A stretch of DNA of 64,000 bases from Eledone cirrhosa (lineage: Eukaryota): the NCBI GenBank assembly GCA_964016885.1, contig OZ024741.1, positions 17,050,001 to 17,114,000 of the forward strand, in the 5' to 3' direction. Shown here piece after piece: positions 1 to 13,330 of the stretch. The position numbers and the translations under genes were made by a program. The number at the start of each line of letters is the position of its first letter. Position 1 is the stretch's first letter. Below the pieces are notes generated by a model that saw only the letters and a list, made by a program, of their open reading frames with translations, was not told the origin of the DNA and ran no database searches.

Positions 1-46
1 ACTACACCATAAATCTAATCCATGCAGGAATAAATTATGAGGGAAT

Positions 47-167
<121 letters not shown>

Positions 168-233
168 AAAAACATGGGAAGAAAGAGGAATACTGCGTGG
201 TTGCACATGGGTTACATATTATAAAATTAGTCC

Positions 234-269
<36 letters not shown>

Positions 270-313
270 GGACTAATATATATATATATTTATTAAGGGA
301 CTAATATATATAT

Positions 314-685
314 ATATTTATTAAAATAACAGATTAAAGTTTAAGCAAAGAATCGCTGCTTTCACCCTTAACGGGATCTTCTGAAACTAACAAAGTCAAT
401 CTGTAAACGTATTATATTCGTTTTTTCCCGTTCTTTGCCAGCGAACGTTTCCACGAACCAAAGTATCGTCTTCCTGTCTTCCTCCGGTTGCAACGGTTTT
501 TGAAATATCCAGTTCTGCGTTTACAGATTGACTTTGTTAATTTCAGAAGATCCCGTTAAGGGTGAAAGCAGCGATTCTTTGCTTAAACTTTAATCTGTTA
601 TTTTAATAAATATTTGCTCTACGGTTCTTATATATTTGATATATATTTTCCTTATCGAGCCCTCGTTGGATTTTATTATTATTAC
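314..685 (+). mobile_element. Fold-back PLE pLTR-like relic (family A) in (TA)n, with hammerhead-like motif
   Basis: Near-perfect inverted arms at ~314-409 and ~518-613, flanked by (TA)n. The same family recurs at 3025-3380, 15339-15415 and 24890-24990. Carries a hammerhead-like fold at 539-589. Confidence 0.65.
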
Positions 686-710
686 TATATATATATATAT
701 ATATATATAT

Positions 711-1430
711 AGTAAAAAATTGAACGGGAACAAAACAGAGAGGCAGTACGAACAAAGGTTTATTAGTTTCACGCTCTTGAGAGAGGGGTGGTGGTGGGGA
801 ACGACGTTTCGGGCATAAGCCCTTCTTCATGTGAAAAGTGTGTGGGAAGAGAGTTCCAAGGGTGTGTAGGGGAGTGGTGGAGAGACATATAGAAAAAAGG
901 GGGTGAGAGGAAACGGTACAAATGAAATTAAATATAAAAGCATGATAAAAATAAAAATAAAAATACACATGAAGTAAAACAGGTGGCGGAAGGGTGTGGG
1001 GCGTGTAGGGGTGGTGGCGGGTGGAGTGGGGAGAGGGAGGCGGGGTGTCCGAGCGGGGAGGGCTGAAGGTGGTGTGTGTGTGTAGGTGTACGTGTGTGTG
1101 TGTGTGTATGTGAAAGTAAGAGTTGGGGGAAGAACGGGGTTGCATGTTCAGGAAGAGGTGTGTGTGGGGTGGGGTGTAGGTCGGAGTGGGTGTGCGTGTG
1201 TGGATAGAGGGGTGGGGGGAGAGGATTCCGGAGGCTGAATGTGTAAATATGTGGTGGTACGCACCTGTGTGTGTGGTGTTTATGCGTGTTGTGGATGTAG
1301 GTGGCGTGTGGGGAAAAACATTTTTTGGGGGTGTATGTCAGTGGGTGAGTCCTTAAGGTAGTTCCGTAGACGATGTGGTAGAATGCTGAGTAATATCCTT
1401 GGGATTTGGTGGATTCTAGGGATCGATGTT
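711..1430 (-). mobile_element. PLE pLTR-like relic (family B) with degenerate minimal hammerhead
   Basis: The minus strand at 803-838 reads aTGAAGA-A-gggc-ttat-gccc-GAAA-CG-TC. The terminal segment is repeated at 26952-27022, with related sequence near 4060-4160 and 24765-24818. Flanked by (TA)n. Confidence 0.5.
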
Positions 1431-1527
1431 CACATATATATATATATAGAAAAGCTTCTCAAAGACTAGAACTGTTTCATCCGTGAGAAATCCTCCGTGT
1501 GGTTACCCCCGATTGAACCCGGAATAA

Positions 1528-1592
<65 letters not shown>

Positions 1593-1748
1593 AATGTCGG
1601 TCGCTGCAATACTAAAGAGAAGTATCCACTGTTATTTCTATCTATTATTATTCCACTTACGGAATTGGATCAGTTATAACAGGTGTTACAGGACATAAGC
1701 GGCAGAATAAGAAATTAAAGAAATTCAACAATGAAGACATTAAACCCG

Positions 1749-1812
<64 letters not shown>

Positions 1813-1879
1813 GGATATATATATACAGATATTTATATATATATATATATATACATATATATATACATATATATACATT

Positions 1880-2240
1880 CGGTATACAAGGATGCAATTC
1901 ACGTCTAGCACTCAACGCCATATTCCCAATGACAGGGGTGACGGAGTATATTAATAAAGATGAAAATGCGAAGTTGAAAATGTTAGAGTCCTTTATTAAT
2001 TGAGCCGTTATATATCAATGGCGATACACATCGTGATCTCTTCAGACAGCAAAAATTGATTAAAAGGTAACAGTTCTGAGGCAATTTTATTTGAAGGGGG
2101 CGGACAACTAAAGCAAAAACACCTTTTTTTTAGTCCGCTCCATTCCAAATAAAATTGCCTCAGAAATGTTACCTTTTAATCAATTTTTGCTTTTTGCTGT
2201 CTGAAGAGATCACGATGTTTATCGTCATTGAAATATATAT
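1880..2240. mobile_element. Head-to-head fold-back PLE pLTR-like relic with two hammerhead-like cores
   Basis: Inverted arms at ~2010-2107 and ~2131-2240. CTGAAGA at 2201-2207 (+) and 2039-2045 (-). Confidence 0.55.
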
Positions 2241-2849
2241 ATATATATATCAACACACACACATATATATATATATATCAACACATCAACACAAACATAT
2301 CTCTACCCCCGGAGGTTTCATCCAGGGGTAGAGATATGTTTTGATGATTTGGGTATGTTTATGTACATTTTTTCTTCTAACTTTTATTCTGTACCTAATT
2401 GTGTATGGTTAACTATATGTCTAGTCATTTTCTACAGGCTATCAGAAATACTAGGTAAATCTTCTGTGGCTGTGAATCGCGGATAAAGGGTATCATTTAT
2501 TTATCTATTATTTCTTCATAGGGATATTTTAAACTTATAACCTCGTTTAAATGATTTTTTATGTGGTTGATTATGCTGATTGGGAGAAGAAATACTCTAT
2601 ATATTTTATCTAATGATTCTATGGACTTACTTTCTTATATATTGCTCTGATTGTTGATTATTTAATTAATTAATTCGTCATTGAGCCACACCGTGAATGG
2701 TTGCCAGAAACCATATATATATATATGGCTCTGTCTAGTTTATGTGTATGTAAACTTCTAAATTTTATATATATATATATATATATGTCCCAACGCTCTG
2801 ATACCATAAACACTATAAACACAGAGCTGGCATATCTAAGAACTGACTA

Positions 2850-2905
2850 ACTGCCTGATGAGGTCATAGCCATTCAATGGCTTCAATCGAAATATATATA
2901 GCAGT
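2850..2905 (+). ncRNA. Minimal type I hammerhead ribozyme candidate
   Basis: actgc-CTGATGA-[stem II containing agcca/tggct, G-C closing pair]-GAAA-TATATA-TA-gcagt. Stem I is actgc/gcagt, stem III is palindromic, and the predicted cleavage triplet is AUA. Confidence 0.7.
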
Positions 2906-2956
2906 AAATAAAGGATTATAAGTTCATGCAATTGACTTATGTTTCGTCACTATATA

Positions 2957-3002
<46 letters not shown>

Positions 3003-3024
3003 ATTATATATATATATATATAGT

Positions 3025-3380
3025 AATAATAGTAAATTTGAAGACTAAAATCCAAAGAGGGCTTGATAAGGATAAATATATATCAAATATATATGAACCG
3101 TAGAGCAAATATTTATTAAAATAACAGATTAAAGTTTAAGCAAAGAATCGCTGCTTTCACCCTGAAACTAATAATGACGTATTATATTCGTTTTTCCCCC
3201 GTTCTTTGCCAAGGAACGTTTCCACGAACCAAAGTATCGTCTTCCTGTATTCCTCCGGTTGCAACGTTTTTTTGAAATATTCACTTCTGCATTCACAGAT
3301 TGACTTTGTTAGTTTCAGAAGATCCCGTTAAGGGTGAAAGCAGCGATTCTTTGCTTAAACTTTAATCTGTTATTTTAATA
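3025..3380. mobile_element. Second fold-back copy of pLTR-like family A
   Basis: Highly similar to 314-685 with different arm lengths; (TA)n on both sides. Confidence 0.65.
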
Positions 3381-3392
3381 TATATATATATA

Positions 3393-3892
3393 CTAGCATT
3401 AAAGCCCAGCGTTGCTCGGGGTCAGTAAGTTACCAAAGTTAGGTTGCACCACCCATTTTATGGCAGCACTTTTTTGTATGCCAGGCACTGGGTGAATGAA
3501 TTGCAGACCTGGACTGCTGAAGCAGGAGCTGCGCCAGCAGTGACAATTGTAGTTTCGCCTATGGATATTATCTCTGTGCAAAGAAGTGTTGAAATTTATT
3601 GTTTCACAGTACTTGCGCAACACGCGCGTAGACGATGCCAGCCGAACAACAGAGCTGCGATGGGGTTGTTCTGCTTGGTTGTCTAATGTGTGTTTTCTAA
3701 ATTTAAGACAGTAGGGAGCGGTGTGATATGGGGGAGAGTTAGCTTCTGTTTCTAGCAGGTTTAGTGACCTCATAGAGGATATGTTTTCTAAATTTAAGAC
3801 AGTAGGGAGTGGTGTGATATGGGGGAGAGTTAGCTTCTGTTTCTAGCAGGTTTAGTGACCACATAGAGGATATTATTGTGTATAGTAAATGA
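3393..3892 (-). mobile_element. Non-autonomous Helitron-like element
   Basis: The minus-strand 3' end is the hairpin cccgagc-aac-gctggg, then CTAG followed by T. Internal ~90 bp direct duplication (3690-3780 / 3782-3872). The 5' TC end near 3892 is tentative. Confidence 0.5.
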
Positions 3893-5474
3893 ACTGATAC
3901 TTTCTTCCACGTTCGTTTTAAAAAAGATTTATCGCTATTTTTTTTGTTGTTGAATAAATTTATCTGTTGCTTTTGAATAATTGTTGTTTCGTATGAAATG
4001 TAATAAGTTCTCTTTGTCATTGAAGTAAATAAATATTTGACCGTTCCACACTCAAAAACAAATAAAACAATACAGACACAGAGATGCAAAATACAAAGTC
4101 TTATTAGGTTCACGCTTAGTGGAAGTGGAGGAGTGTTCTACATTTCAGGTGGACGCCTTTCGCCAGGAAAGTTCAGTTAGGGAGAAAACAGGTAAGTCAG
4201 GTAAGTACCTGAAAGTTGTTACGTGAAAGTTAGGAAAAGATTGATATGTTGGGGTGGCGTGTGTATATATATGTGTGTATGTGTATGTATGTGTGTGTAT
4301 GTCTGTGTATGTGTGTGTATGTGTGTGTATGTGTATAGGAATGTGTGTGTGTATGGAGGTGGCAGTGGAGGAAAGCGCAATGAGTATCCTTATAGATGTG
4401 AATCAGAACAAAAGTAGTGTTGGTTAATCTAATGTGATATGACGTAGAAACTTTTGCTACGGGAGTGGCCCTTCTTCAGATAATACGTCGAGTCTATGTG
4501 TTTAATTCATTGAATTCGCCTCATTGTTGATTCAACCAGGCTTACCATCCGTGAAAACAGGATAAACGCAACAATTAATATGAATCATTATTTATGCCGT
4601 GTTGGTGTGATTTCTTCCTCTTTTTTTACTCCCCCTCTTTTTCTATTCACCACCCCCCTCTCTTTCCCAATAAAAGCCATATTAAACATATTTATAATTG
4701 AACCAAATGAGAAATAGAACGGAAATATATTTCTAAAAACCAGTTGTCACAACCCGCCTTTAAAACACATATTCCCACACATACACACACACATTTTCTC
4801 TCTCTCCCTCTCTCACACACTCACAATCTCACCCACACCCACACCCAAGCATATAATGTCATGTGGTGTTAATTGTCAATGGTAGCTTGTAATTCAGTGC
4901 AACCTGTTACACTTTCAATTCGTCAGAGACTACACTTTCACCAACATGTTAGCTTGGTTGCTAGAAACACGGCGGGACAAAACATGGCAGAATCTAGAAA
5001 TAATGCGCGGGGACATAGAAATACTCGAGATAGACAAGAGCGTTGTAATGTAACTTTGGGCGTTATAGAGGCAGAGTTCTTGTCAGATCCTAAATTATCC
5101 TAATCTCCGAAATCACCACCGGAAGATACCTCTCTCCTCTCTAAATTCTCAATCTTACGGGCGCGTGGCCACAGAAGGAAAACACTGAATTCAAAACCCT
5201 GCAGCCTCATGGGTCCCTTTGATTGGTTAAAGGTTTAAAGATGCAATTTATCCGATATAAGATCTCAGAATTTGGTGTGAACTAGTTGACTCATGTTTTT
5301 ATGCCATCGGTGTTTGTGGTTAGACCCCATATATTTCTTTTCAATGTCATCTGGTGTGTTATATTTGCTTGGCATACAACATCTTTACAGTGGACATGTG
5401 ATAGGATTATGGGTGGCGTCTTGTTCATATTAACTGATTTTTCACTGAAACGGCTTCTAGAAAACAAATCAATA

Positions 5475-6260
5475 ATATTGGTTTCTGATTTAGGCACACG
5501 GCCAGCAAATTTCGGGGATAGGAAAGTCGATGAAATCGACCCCAGTTCGTTACTGGTACTTTGTTTTATCGACCCCGTAAGGTTGAAAGGCAAAGCTACT
5601 TCGGCGAATAATAATAATTTCTAATGTTGGTAAACGGTTAGCAATTTCGGGCTGAGAGGAAAGTCGAATGTATCGACCCAAGAGCTTAACTGGTACTTTA
5701 TTTTATCCTCCACCAAAGGATAAAAGGCAAAATTGACATCGGTGGGAGTTGAACTCAGAACATAAAGAGCCATAACTAAATGTCACAAGATATTCTGTCC
5801 GGCGCTCTAACGATTCTGCCAGTAATGTTGAGTTAGGGGATAGATAAGATCCTATCGTATTTATTTCGATCATATATCAGTGTGTCTAAGAGGTTCGTTT
5901 CAAAAGCGCATATGTCCTCCACACAACTAGGACAATTATTTGAACATCAATGGTATGATATTTTCTAGTGAAGTTCTACCACAAGCTGGGTTAGTGGCTC
6001 CGAACCCAAACTTAATGTTTCCATTGGCAACTCAGCTCTAACAGACAGGTTTACATGAATAACGGTTTCGGCACAAGGCCAACAATGTTGGGGACAGGGA
6101 AGTCAATTACATTGACCCCAGTACGTGACTTATTTTACCTGCTTTATTTTATCGATCCCGTAAGGATGAAAGGCAAAGCTAACTTGGGTGGTATTTAAAC
6201 TCAGACCGTAAAGGGTAATTCTATGCTGCAAAGTATGGTGTTCGACACTCATCATACTTT
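5475..6260 (-). mobile_element. Cluster of older Deu/Nin-domain tRNA-derived SINE copies
   Basis: Three diverged copies (5475-5605, 5625-5822, 6065-6260) carry the reverse complement of GCCTTTCATCCTTACGGGGTCGATAAAATAAAGTACC. Confidence 0.7.
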
Positions 6261-6783
6261 GCAGCACATTTTCTGTAGAATAGCTATTTATATCACTTCC
6301 TATTGTATTTAATTTCGTGCATTCACCTTGGCGTGAAAATAATTTGTAGCACATAAGACAAGGTGTAGTCTTATAAAACCCGTTGTTTTATATCGCATGA
6401 AAACTTTCCACATTAATCTTAATATATCATGGCAAAACATCCATTTATTGTAGTTGTATATCGAAGTAGGTGTCTACTTAATACATACATAGAGGTGGAA
6501 AATATTTCTCAGTGAAGGCTCACCGTTTATTATAGTAACTACATGGTTATGAAGGTTGGCAAAGATGTTAGTGGTACATAAAAACGGGATTATTTAGCAA
6601 AGAAGCCGTTTATTCTCGATAAATGAGAGAATATTTACATTAGTTAGAGAGGAAAGATATGTTGGCCTCCATCACAGAGTCAACAGAGTGGAACTCTAGA
6701 AGACAGGAAGGTATTAAGAAATATCATATTTAATTTATATTACCGCTGGGATTCCAGATGTGTAGGTTATTGTATATATGTGA

Positions 6784-6872
<89 letters not shown>

Positions 6873-6925
6873 TATATACATATATATACATATATATATA
6901 TATATTGGAATATCCCAATATCACC

Positions 6926-6984
<59 letters not shown>

Positions 6985-6985
<1 letters not shown>

Positions 6986-7150
6986 GAAGTAATTCCGTCG
7001 GAAAGGTCCAGGAAAAAAGAGTGCTCTATGTAGGTTACAGAGCTTAATAGTTATGTAATAAACAACATAAGATAATTATTTCATTTACCAGTGGTTTCTT
7101 GAAAGCAAACAAAATTTGCTTTCAATCATCAGAATGAAAAAATCCTGGTG
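6985..7150 (-). mobile_element. PLE pLTR-like relic in (TA)n carrying an intact hammerhead
   Basis: Flanked by long (TA)n tracts. Its 3' part (gctctgt...acatagagcactctttttt) is related to 28513-28628. Confidence 0.6.
7079..7139 (-). ncRNA. Type I hammerhead ribozyme
   Basis: The minus strand reads TTTCATT-CTGATGA-TTGAAAGCAAA-ttttg-TTTGCTTTCAA-GAAA-CC-act-GG-TA-AATGAAA. Stem I is 7 bp, stem II is 11 bp, the core is intact, and the triplet is GUA. Confidence 0.85.
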
Positions 7151-7500
<350 letters not shown>

Positions 7501-7928
7501 TTAGTTGGTACCTGTTATTACTGCTGTTGTTGTTGATGTTGCTTTTGGTGGTGTCTGTTACGTGTTCGAAAACAAACACAAGTTTAGTCCTAAGACTACA
7601 GATAAAAAAGCTAACCATGAAGATCCTGGTTAGTTTCTCTATAAAACAATGTATAACATTTTATAACAATGTGAAAAAGGAACTTACGGACCAATTGAAC
7701 ACGTATCAGGACATGCAACAACAACATTAATATATTATTTTATAATATTTCTCTAACAATTGCTTAATAGGTGAAGTGTTAATTGGCTGAGATCAATCTC
7801 TGATCTCAGATACTCAATATATCGCCTAGGATTTCTGGTAGAAATTTGGGCGCTGCTTAAATAATAATAAAAATGGTTTCTGATTTAAGGGAGGGAAATG
7901 TCGATTAAATCAACCACAGAATAATAAT

Positions 7929-8116
7929 TGTTTCTACTTTTGGCACAAGGTCAGCAATTACCCCCAGTACATTACTGGTACTTTATTTTATCGACCCCAT
8001 AAGGATGAAAGGCAAAGTTAACCTCGATGGGATTTGAACTCAGACCGTAAAGGGACGTAACTATGCTAGAAAGCATGGCGTCCAACCCTCTACCGATACT
8101 GCCAATTCACCGCCCT
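7929..8116 (-). mobile_element. Young short-form Deu/Nin-domain tRNA SINE
   Basis: B-box GAGTTCAAATCC, Nin-like core and an apparent TSD agaataataat; nested in an older SINE. Confidence 0.8.
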
Positions 8117-8523
8117 ATAGAATAATAATGAAAAAGAACAGAAACCAATAGGAAGTGATACCCCATGAAAATGTTGTGTCGTTGGGAGTTTTCTCACTTC
8201 GCCCACTGCGGTCGGGAGGAAACTATGTAAAAGTATGTTTACTTAAAATATAAAAGCAAGTGTATCAGTTGAACAAATAATTTCTTTAATGGGGTAAACA
8301 GTCGTAATAATTGTTCCAACTTGTAAGCTATAACAACAATATGGTCCTTTTTTTCCCCTCCTGGAGTCTTCATGGCTACTGTTTTGATTCTAAAGCTCTT
8401 TTAGTTTATTAATTTGGTGGGATGTTAAGTAGGGTGGGAGGTTTATACTAAGTTGTACAGCCCCTCTCTCTCTCTATATATAAATATATATACATATACA
8501 TCTGTGCGTATATATATCATACG

Positions 8524-8556
<33 letters not shown>

Positions 8557-8635
8557 TTATATATATATATATATATATACATACATATATATGTATGTAC
8601 ATATATATATGTATATATGAATATATGTTACACAT

Positions 8636-8666
<31 letters not shown>

Positions 8667-8675
8667 CATATATAT

Positions 8676-8754
<79 letters not shown>

Positions 8755-8924
8755 CCCGACCTCTATACATAGAGACCCTCCCAGTACAGAAATAATAGAC
8801 TGGCCATTTTTTTTTCTCATTTAATTCCTATCCATTTTTTTCCTGAACAGTTTCATGTAAAAATATAAAAACATTCATTCCATCTCCATTTTGCTGTAGT
8901 AAAAAATTTAACAGATTTTAAAGA

Positions 8925-9365
8925 CTTTGGCAGAATCGGTAGAGTGTCGGCCAAGATGTTTTGTGGTATTTAGTTACGACATTCTAATGTTCTATGTTCA
9001 AATCCTGTGAAGGTCAAGCTTTGCCTTTCATCCTTACGAATAAAGTACCAGTAATTCACTGGAGGGACGATTTAATCGACTTTTCCCTACCCCTAAAATT
9101 GTTGGTATTGTGCCTAAATCAGAAACTATTATTATAGTTTTAGGGGACCGTGGATTAGAAACAATCGGTAGATCATCGGATAAAGTTCCTGGTTGTGTTT
9201 GTTACGGAAGATTTACATTCTAAGTTGAAATCACATTGAGTTCAATTTTGTATTTCATTGTTCTGGAAGTGATAAAAGTACCAGTTGTGTACTGGGTCAA
9301 TATAATCAAGTAAACTCCCCATCTCCTACACAACATAGCTGGTTTTGTGCTTATGCTAGAAATTG
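8925..9365 (+). mobile_element. Two tandem older Deu/Nin-domain SINEs
   Basis: tggcagaatcggtagag...gttcaaatcc...gcctttcatccttac...aaagtaccag, followed by a more degenerate copy from ~9150. Confidence 0.6.
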
Positions 9366-10517
9366 TTAAAAACACGGTAGTATACATGCACACACACACA
9401 CAGACACACACAGACACACACACACACACACACAGACACACATACACACACAAACACAGCCACATACACACAACCACAAACACACATACACACATGTGTT
9501 AAGCTAACTTTGTTATGTAAAATTGGGGGGTTTGCTGTGTATTCTAATTTTTTGTATATTAGCCACCCCCTCCCCCAGGTCCAAATCCAACCCTAGACAC
9601 AGTCACCTGATGTACTCACTACTCCTCATTTTGATGTACCTACATTGACTGATACCCCAGAACTAATATCACATTAAAGACCCGCAGCCCACCCCCATCC
9701 AATCGAATTCTTATTCCTCAGAACTACACCTCTCCCTATTTGGTCACGTTTCTTTTGCAGCCATAAATTAAGGGCCAGTCGTTCAATCTGTTCAATCGGG
9801 ATGACTAGCACCCTCAACAACTCCTGCCGTTGGCCCAATGGTTATAGTTGCTGACTCGTCCTCTTTCGACAAAATATTGATTCTATTCATTTCTAATGAA
9901 CACATGGCAGCGAATATGGCAGAGTATTTAAAACATCCGATGGAATGCTTCGTGGTATTTGTTCCAGTTCTGTTCTCTTTGAGTTCAATCCCACTGAGAT
10001 CAACCACCGAGGTCGATAAAAAAAGTACCTGTCCAGTACTGGGGTTGTGAAGGCGCATGGCTTGCAATCGGATGGTTGTGAGTTCAATTCTCGGACCGGG
10101 TGATGTGTTGTTTCCTTGAGCAAGACACTTTGTTTCACGTTGCTCCAGTTTACTCAGCTGTAGAAATGAGATGATAGGACTGGGATCCCTATCATTAAAT
10201 AACCCAAGACACCTCTAACGAGATATACCTTGGAGGAGGCCAGCTAAACCTGCATAGGTGTGAGCTGTAACAACAACAACAACAACAACAACTGGAGCTG
10301 ATTCTTCCGTTATATCTTCTTCTCTCTTACTTTTTCACACACACTTTCTCCTTTTCTAGAAGAAATTGGAGAGGGATGGGCTCCACCGGGTTGAATACCC
10401 AAGACTCGCCGCATGTCACGACGGCGCCTCTAAGTCTCCATCAGAAGTCATAGGTCAAGCAGAACATATCACACAAGGCTTACAATTTTGTGGGGGTTAG
10501 GGTACAGTCGTGTAAGA

Positions 10518-10840
10518 AGGCGCGTGGCTTCATGGTTAGAGCATTTGGTTTGCAAATGAGGGGTTCTGAGTTCGATTCCCGGACCGGGTGATGCGTTGTG
10601 TTTTTGAACAAGACACTTTATTTCACGTTGCTCCAGTTTATTCAGCTGTAGGAATGAGTTGTGACGTCACTGGTGCCAAGCTGTATCGGTCATTGCCTTT
10701 CCCTTGGACAACATCGGTGGTGTAGAGAGGAGAGACTGGTATGTATGGGCGACTACTGGTCTACTACAAACAAACCTTGCCCAGGCTTGCGCCTCAGAGG
10801 GCAATTTTGTAGGTGCAAAACCCATGGTCATTTGTGACCG
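10518..10840 (+). mobile_element. CORE-like tRNA-derived SINE
   Basis: A-box tggcttcatggttagag, B-box gagttcgattcc and a CORE-like ttgaacaagacacttt. A partial copy lies at 10049-10170. Confidence 0.6.
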
Positions 10841-11437
10841 ATGGAGGCCTTAAAAAATGGGTATAGTCGATTATACCGACCCTAGTATTTGACTGGTACT
10901 TTATTTTACTGACCCTGAAAGGATGAATGTCAAAATCAGACAGAGCAGGTCTGAACTCAGTATATAGTATGAAACTATTCAAGACATCCCTGTCCGACGT
11001 TTTGGTAACTCTGGCATTCAGCGTCCCTTTTACAGTCTAAATAATTAAATAAACAAACAAATAAAGATACAGCACAGTCTAATCATGTTTTAGCACTGGG
11101 TGGAGGGGAACTCACACATATCACTAATTTATATATTTATCACCCCTAGGGCTAATAAAGCAGCGGACTTGGAAGGAGTAGGGAGAAAAGAGGAGATGGG
11201 AAAGGAAGGAAGGAATGAAAATAGGGTTTTAGATATGTTTGGTTTGTGTTGATGCTATTTAATTAAAATCTCCCTGGCACTCATAATTCATGGGCCGGCA
11301 ACGCCCACCCTTCTAACACAGTCTCCACCCGATCACTACCATCTACCATCTCTATCTAACATCCAAACACAAACTGTAACCACTACACAACCGCTACCAG
11401 TTACCAACTCAAACACCTAGACACAATTTATAATCAC

Positions 11438-12050
11438 GACCCAGCCAACCATCCAACCAGCCAACCATCCATCCAGACAACCATCCAGCCAACCATCCAA
11501 CCAGCCAACCATCCATCCAGACAACCATCCAGCCAACCATCCAGCCAACCAACCATCCATCCAGACAACCATCCAACCATCCAGCCAACCATCCATCCAT
11601 CCATCCATCCATCCAACCATCCAGCCAACCATCCATCCAGCCAGCCAACTATCCATCCAGCCAACCATCCAGACAGCCAGCCAACCATCCATCCAGCCAA
11701 CCATCCAACCAACCATCCATCCATCCATCCAGACAACCATCCATCCACCCATCCAGCCAACCATCCAACCAACCATCCATCCATCCAGCCAACCATCCAT
11801 CCATCCACCCATCCAGCCAACCATCCATCCTGACAACCATCCATCCATCCATCCATCCAGCCAACCATCTAGTCAACCATCTATCCAGAAACCCTCCAGC
11901 CAGCCAGCCAACCATCCAGTCAACCATCCATCCATCCAGCCAGACAACCATCCATCCAGCCAGCCAGCCAGCCAACCATCCAGTCAACCATCCACCCAGC
12001 CAGCCAAACAACCATCCAACCAGCCAGACAACCATCCAGCCAACAACAAC
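11438..12050. repeat. Compound (CCAT/CCAG/CCAA)n tetranucleotide repeat
   Basis: Visible 4-bp period; produces the spurious MDGW ORFs. Confidence 0.9.
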
Positions 12051-12149
12051 TGAACCATTCACCACCCAAACATAGCCAATAACCCCACCATTTACCATCT
12101 GTCTAATAACAACCACTGTTACTCTTACACACCACCCAGATAACACCAA

Positions 12150-12690
12150 GGCACAACCACTGTTAGCTACCACTACAACACATACCACTGACCTCTCTGA
12201 CCAAAACAACCAAACAACCAACCACCACCACCACCACCACCACCACCCCACCACCACTACTCTCACTACCACTACTACTACCACAACCACTACCATTACT
12301 ATCCCACCACCACCACTATTAATACCACCTCCACAACCACCTTCAGCACCACCTTCACTCCAATTACCCGTACTTCTCCCCTCTCCCCCACCACCAACAA
12401 CACCATCACCACCATCACCCGTATTTCCCACCACCACCATGACCACATCTACCACGAAGACCGCCACCACCACCACCATCACTACCACCACCACCACCAT
12501 CACTACTCCAACACCACCACCACAACCAGCAACACCATGACCACCATTACCACTACTACTTCACCACTATCACCCGTATTTCCCACCACCATGACTACAT
12601 CTACCTCCCCCATCACCACCACCACCACTACCACCACTACAACCACCAAAATCATCACCACCACCACCACCACCACCATCACAGTTACAT
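12150..12690. repeat. Degenerate (CAC)n microsatellite
   Basis: Visible trinucleotide period. Confidence 0.85.
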
Positions 12691-12891
12691 AAATGTTATA
12701 CAACTGACCCCAGGGCTGTTGTACTTACCCCTCTTCCCATTTCACCTCACTAATTTAGCCAACTCTCGTTAAAGGTTACACACACACACATATTACACAC
12801 ATGCTACACACACACATATATTACACACACAAATATGTTCCACACATTTTTGTGTGTGTGTATAATGTATGTAAATAAATAGTTATATATA

Positions 12892-13330
12892 CTAGCTGAG
12901 TAGCCCGTCGTTTCCGGGAAATAATCACAATATTATGCGTTTATTTCAAATTTTGTTTTATTCCACGTCAGACCATCTCTTCCCTGAAGTATAGTCCCCT
13001 TGATAAGGACGGATTTCTTTATTAATTGGGTCAATTTATAAACAATGTTTGTTGTTTTTCCATCTGGTGCATAGATGTAAAGATTTTTCTGACTTCCTAC
13101 TCTTGAACATCCAACGTAAAGCTGACAATAGGTGAAGCAAGGCTCTTCAACGTGTAAACCTGCAATCGAAAATGTTTGTCCTTGTGATTTGTTGATGGTC
13201 ATGGCTAAACTAAGACTCACTAGAAATTGAACTTGTTTGAATTGATATGGGACATCAGTGGAGATAAGAGGAATTCTTGGAACGAACACATCCTCAATCA
13301 AAAGTATATATATTTCTTTCACACTGCCAC
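12892..13330 (-). mobile_element. Helitron 3' fragment with RepHel Pif1-type helicase C-terminus
   Basis: ORF 12933-13322 has AMTINKSQGQT and QLYVGCSRV (Pif1 helicase motifs V and VI). The 3' end has the hairpin cccg-gaaacga-cggg, then CTAG followed by T. Confidence 0.9.

Noticed and set aside
4440-4490. CTGAAGA-agggccactccc hammerhead-like start on the minus strand
   Set aside because: GAAA is missing after stem II; at best a decayed relic.
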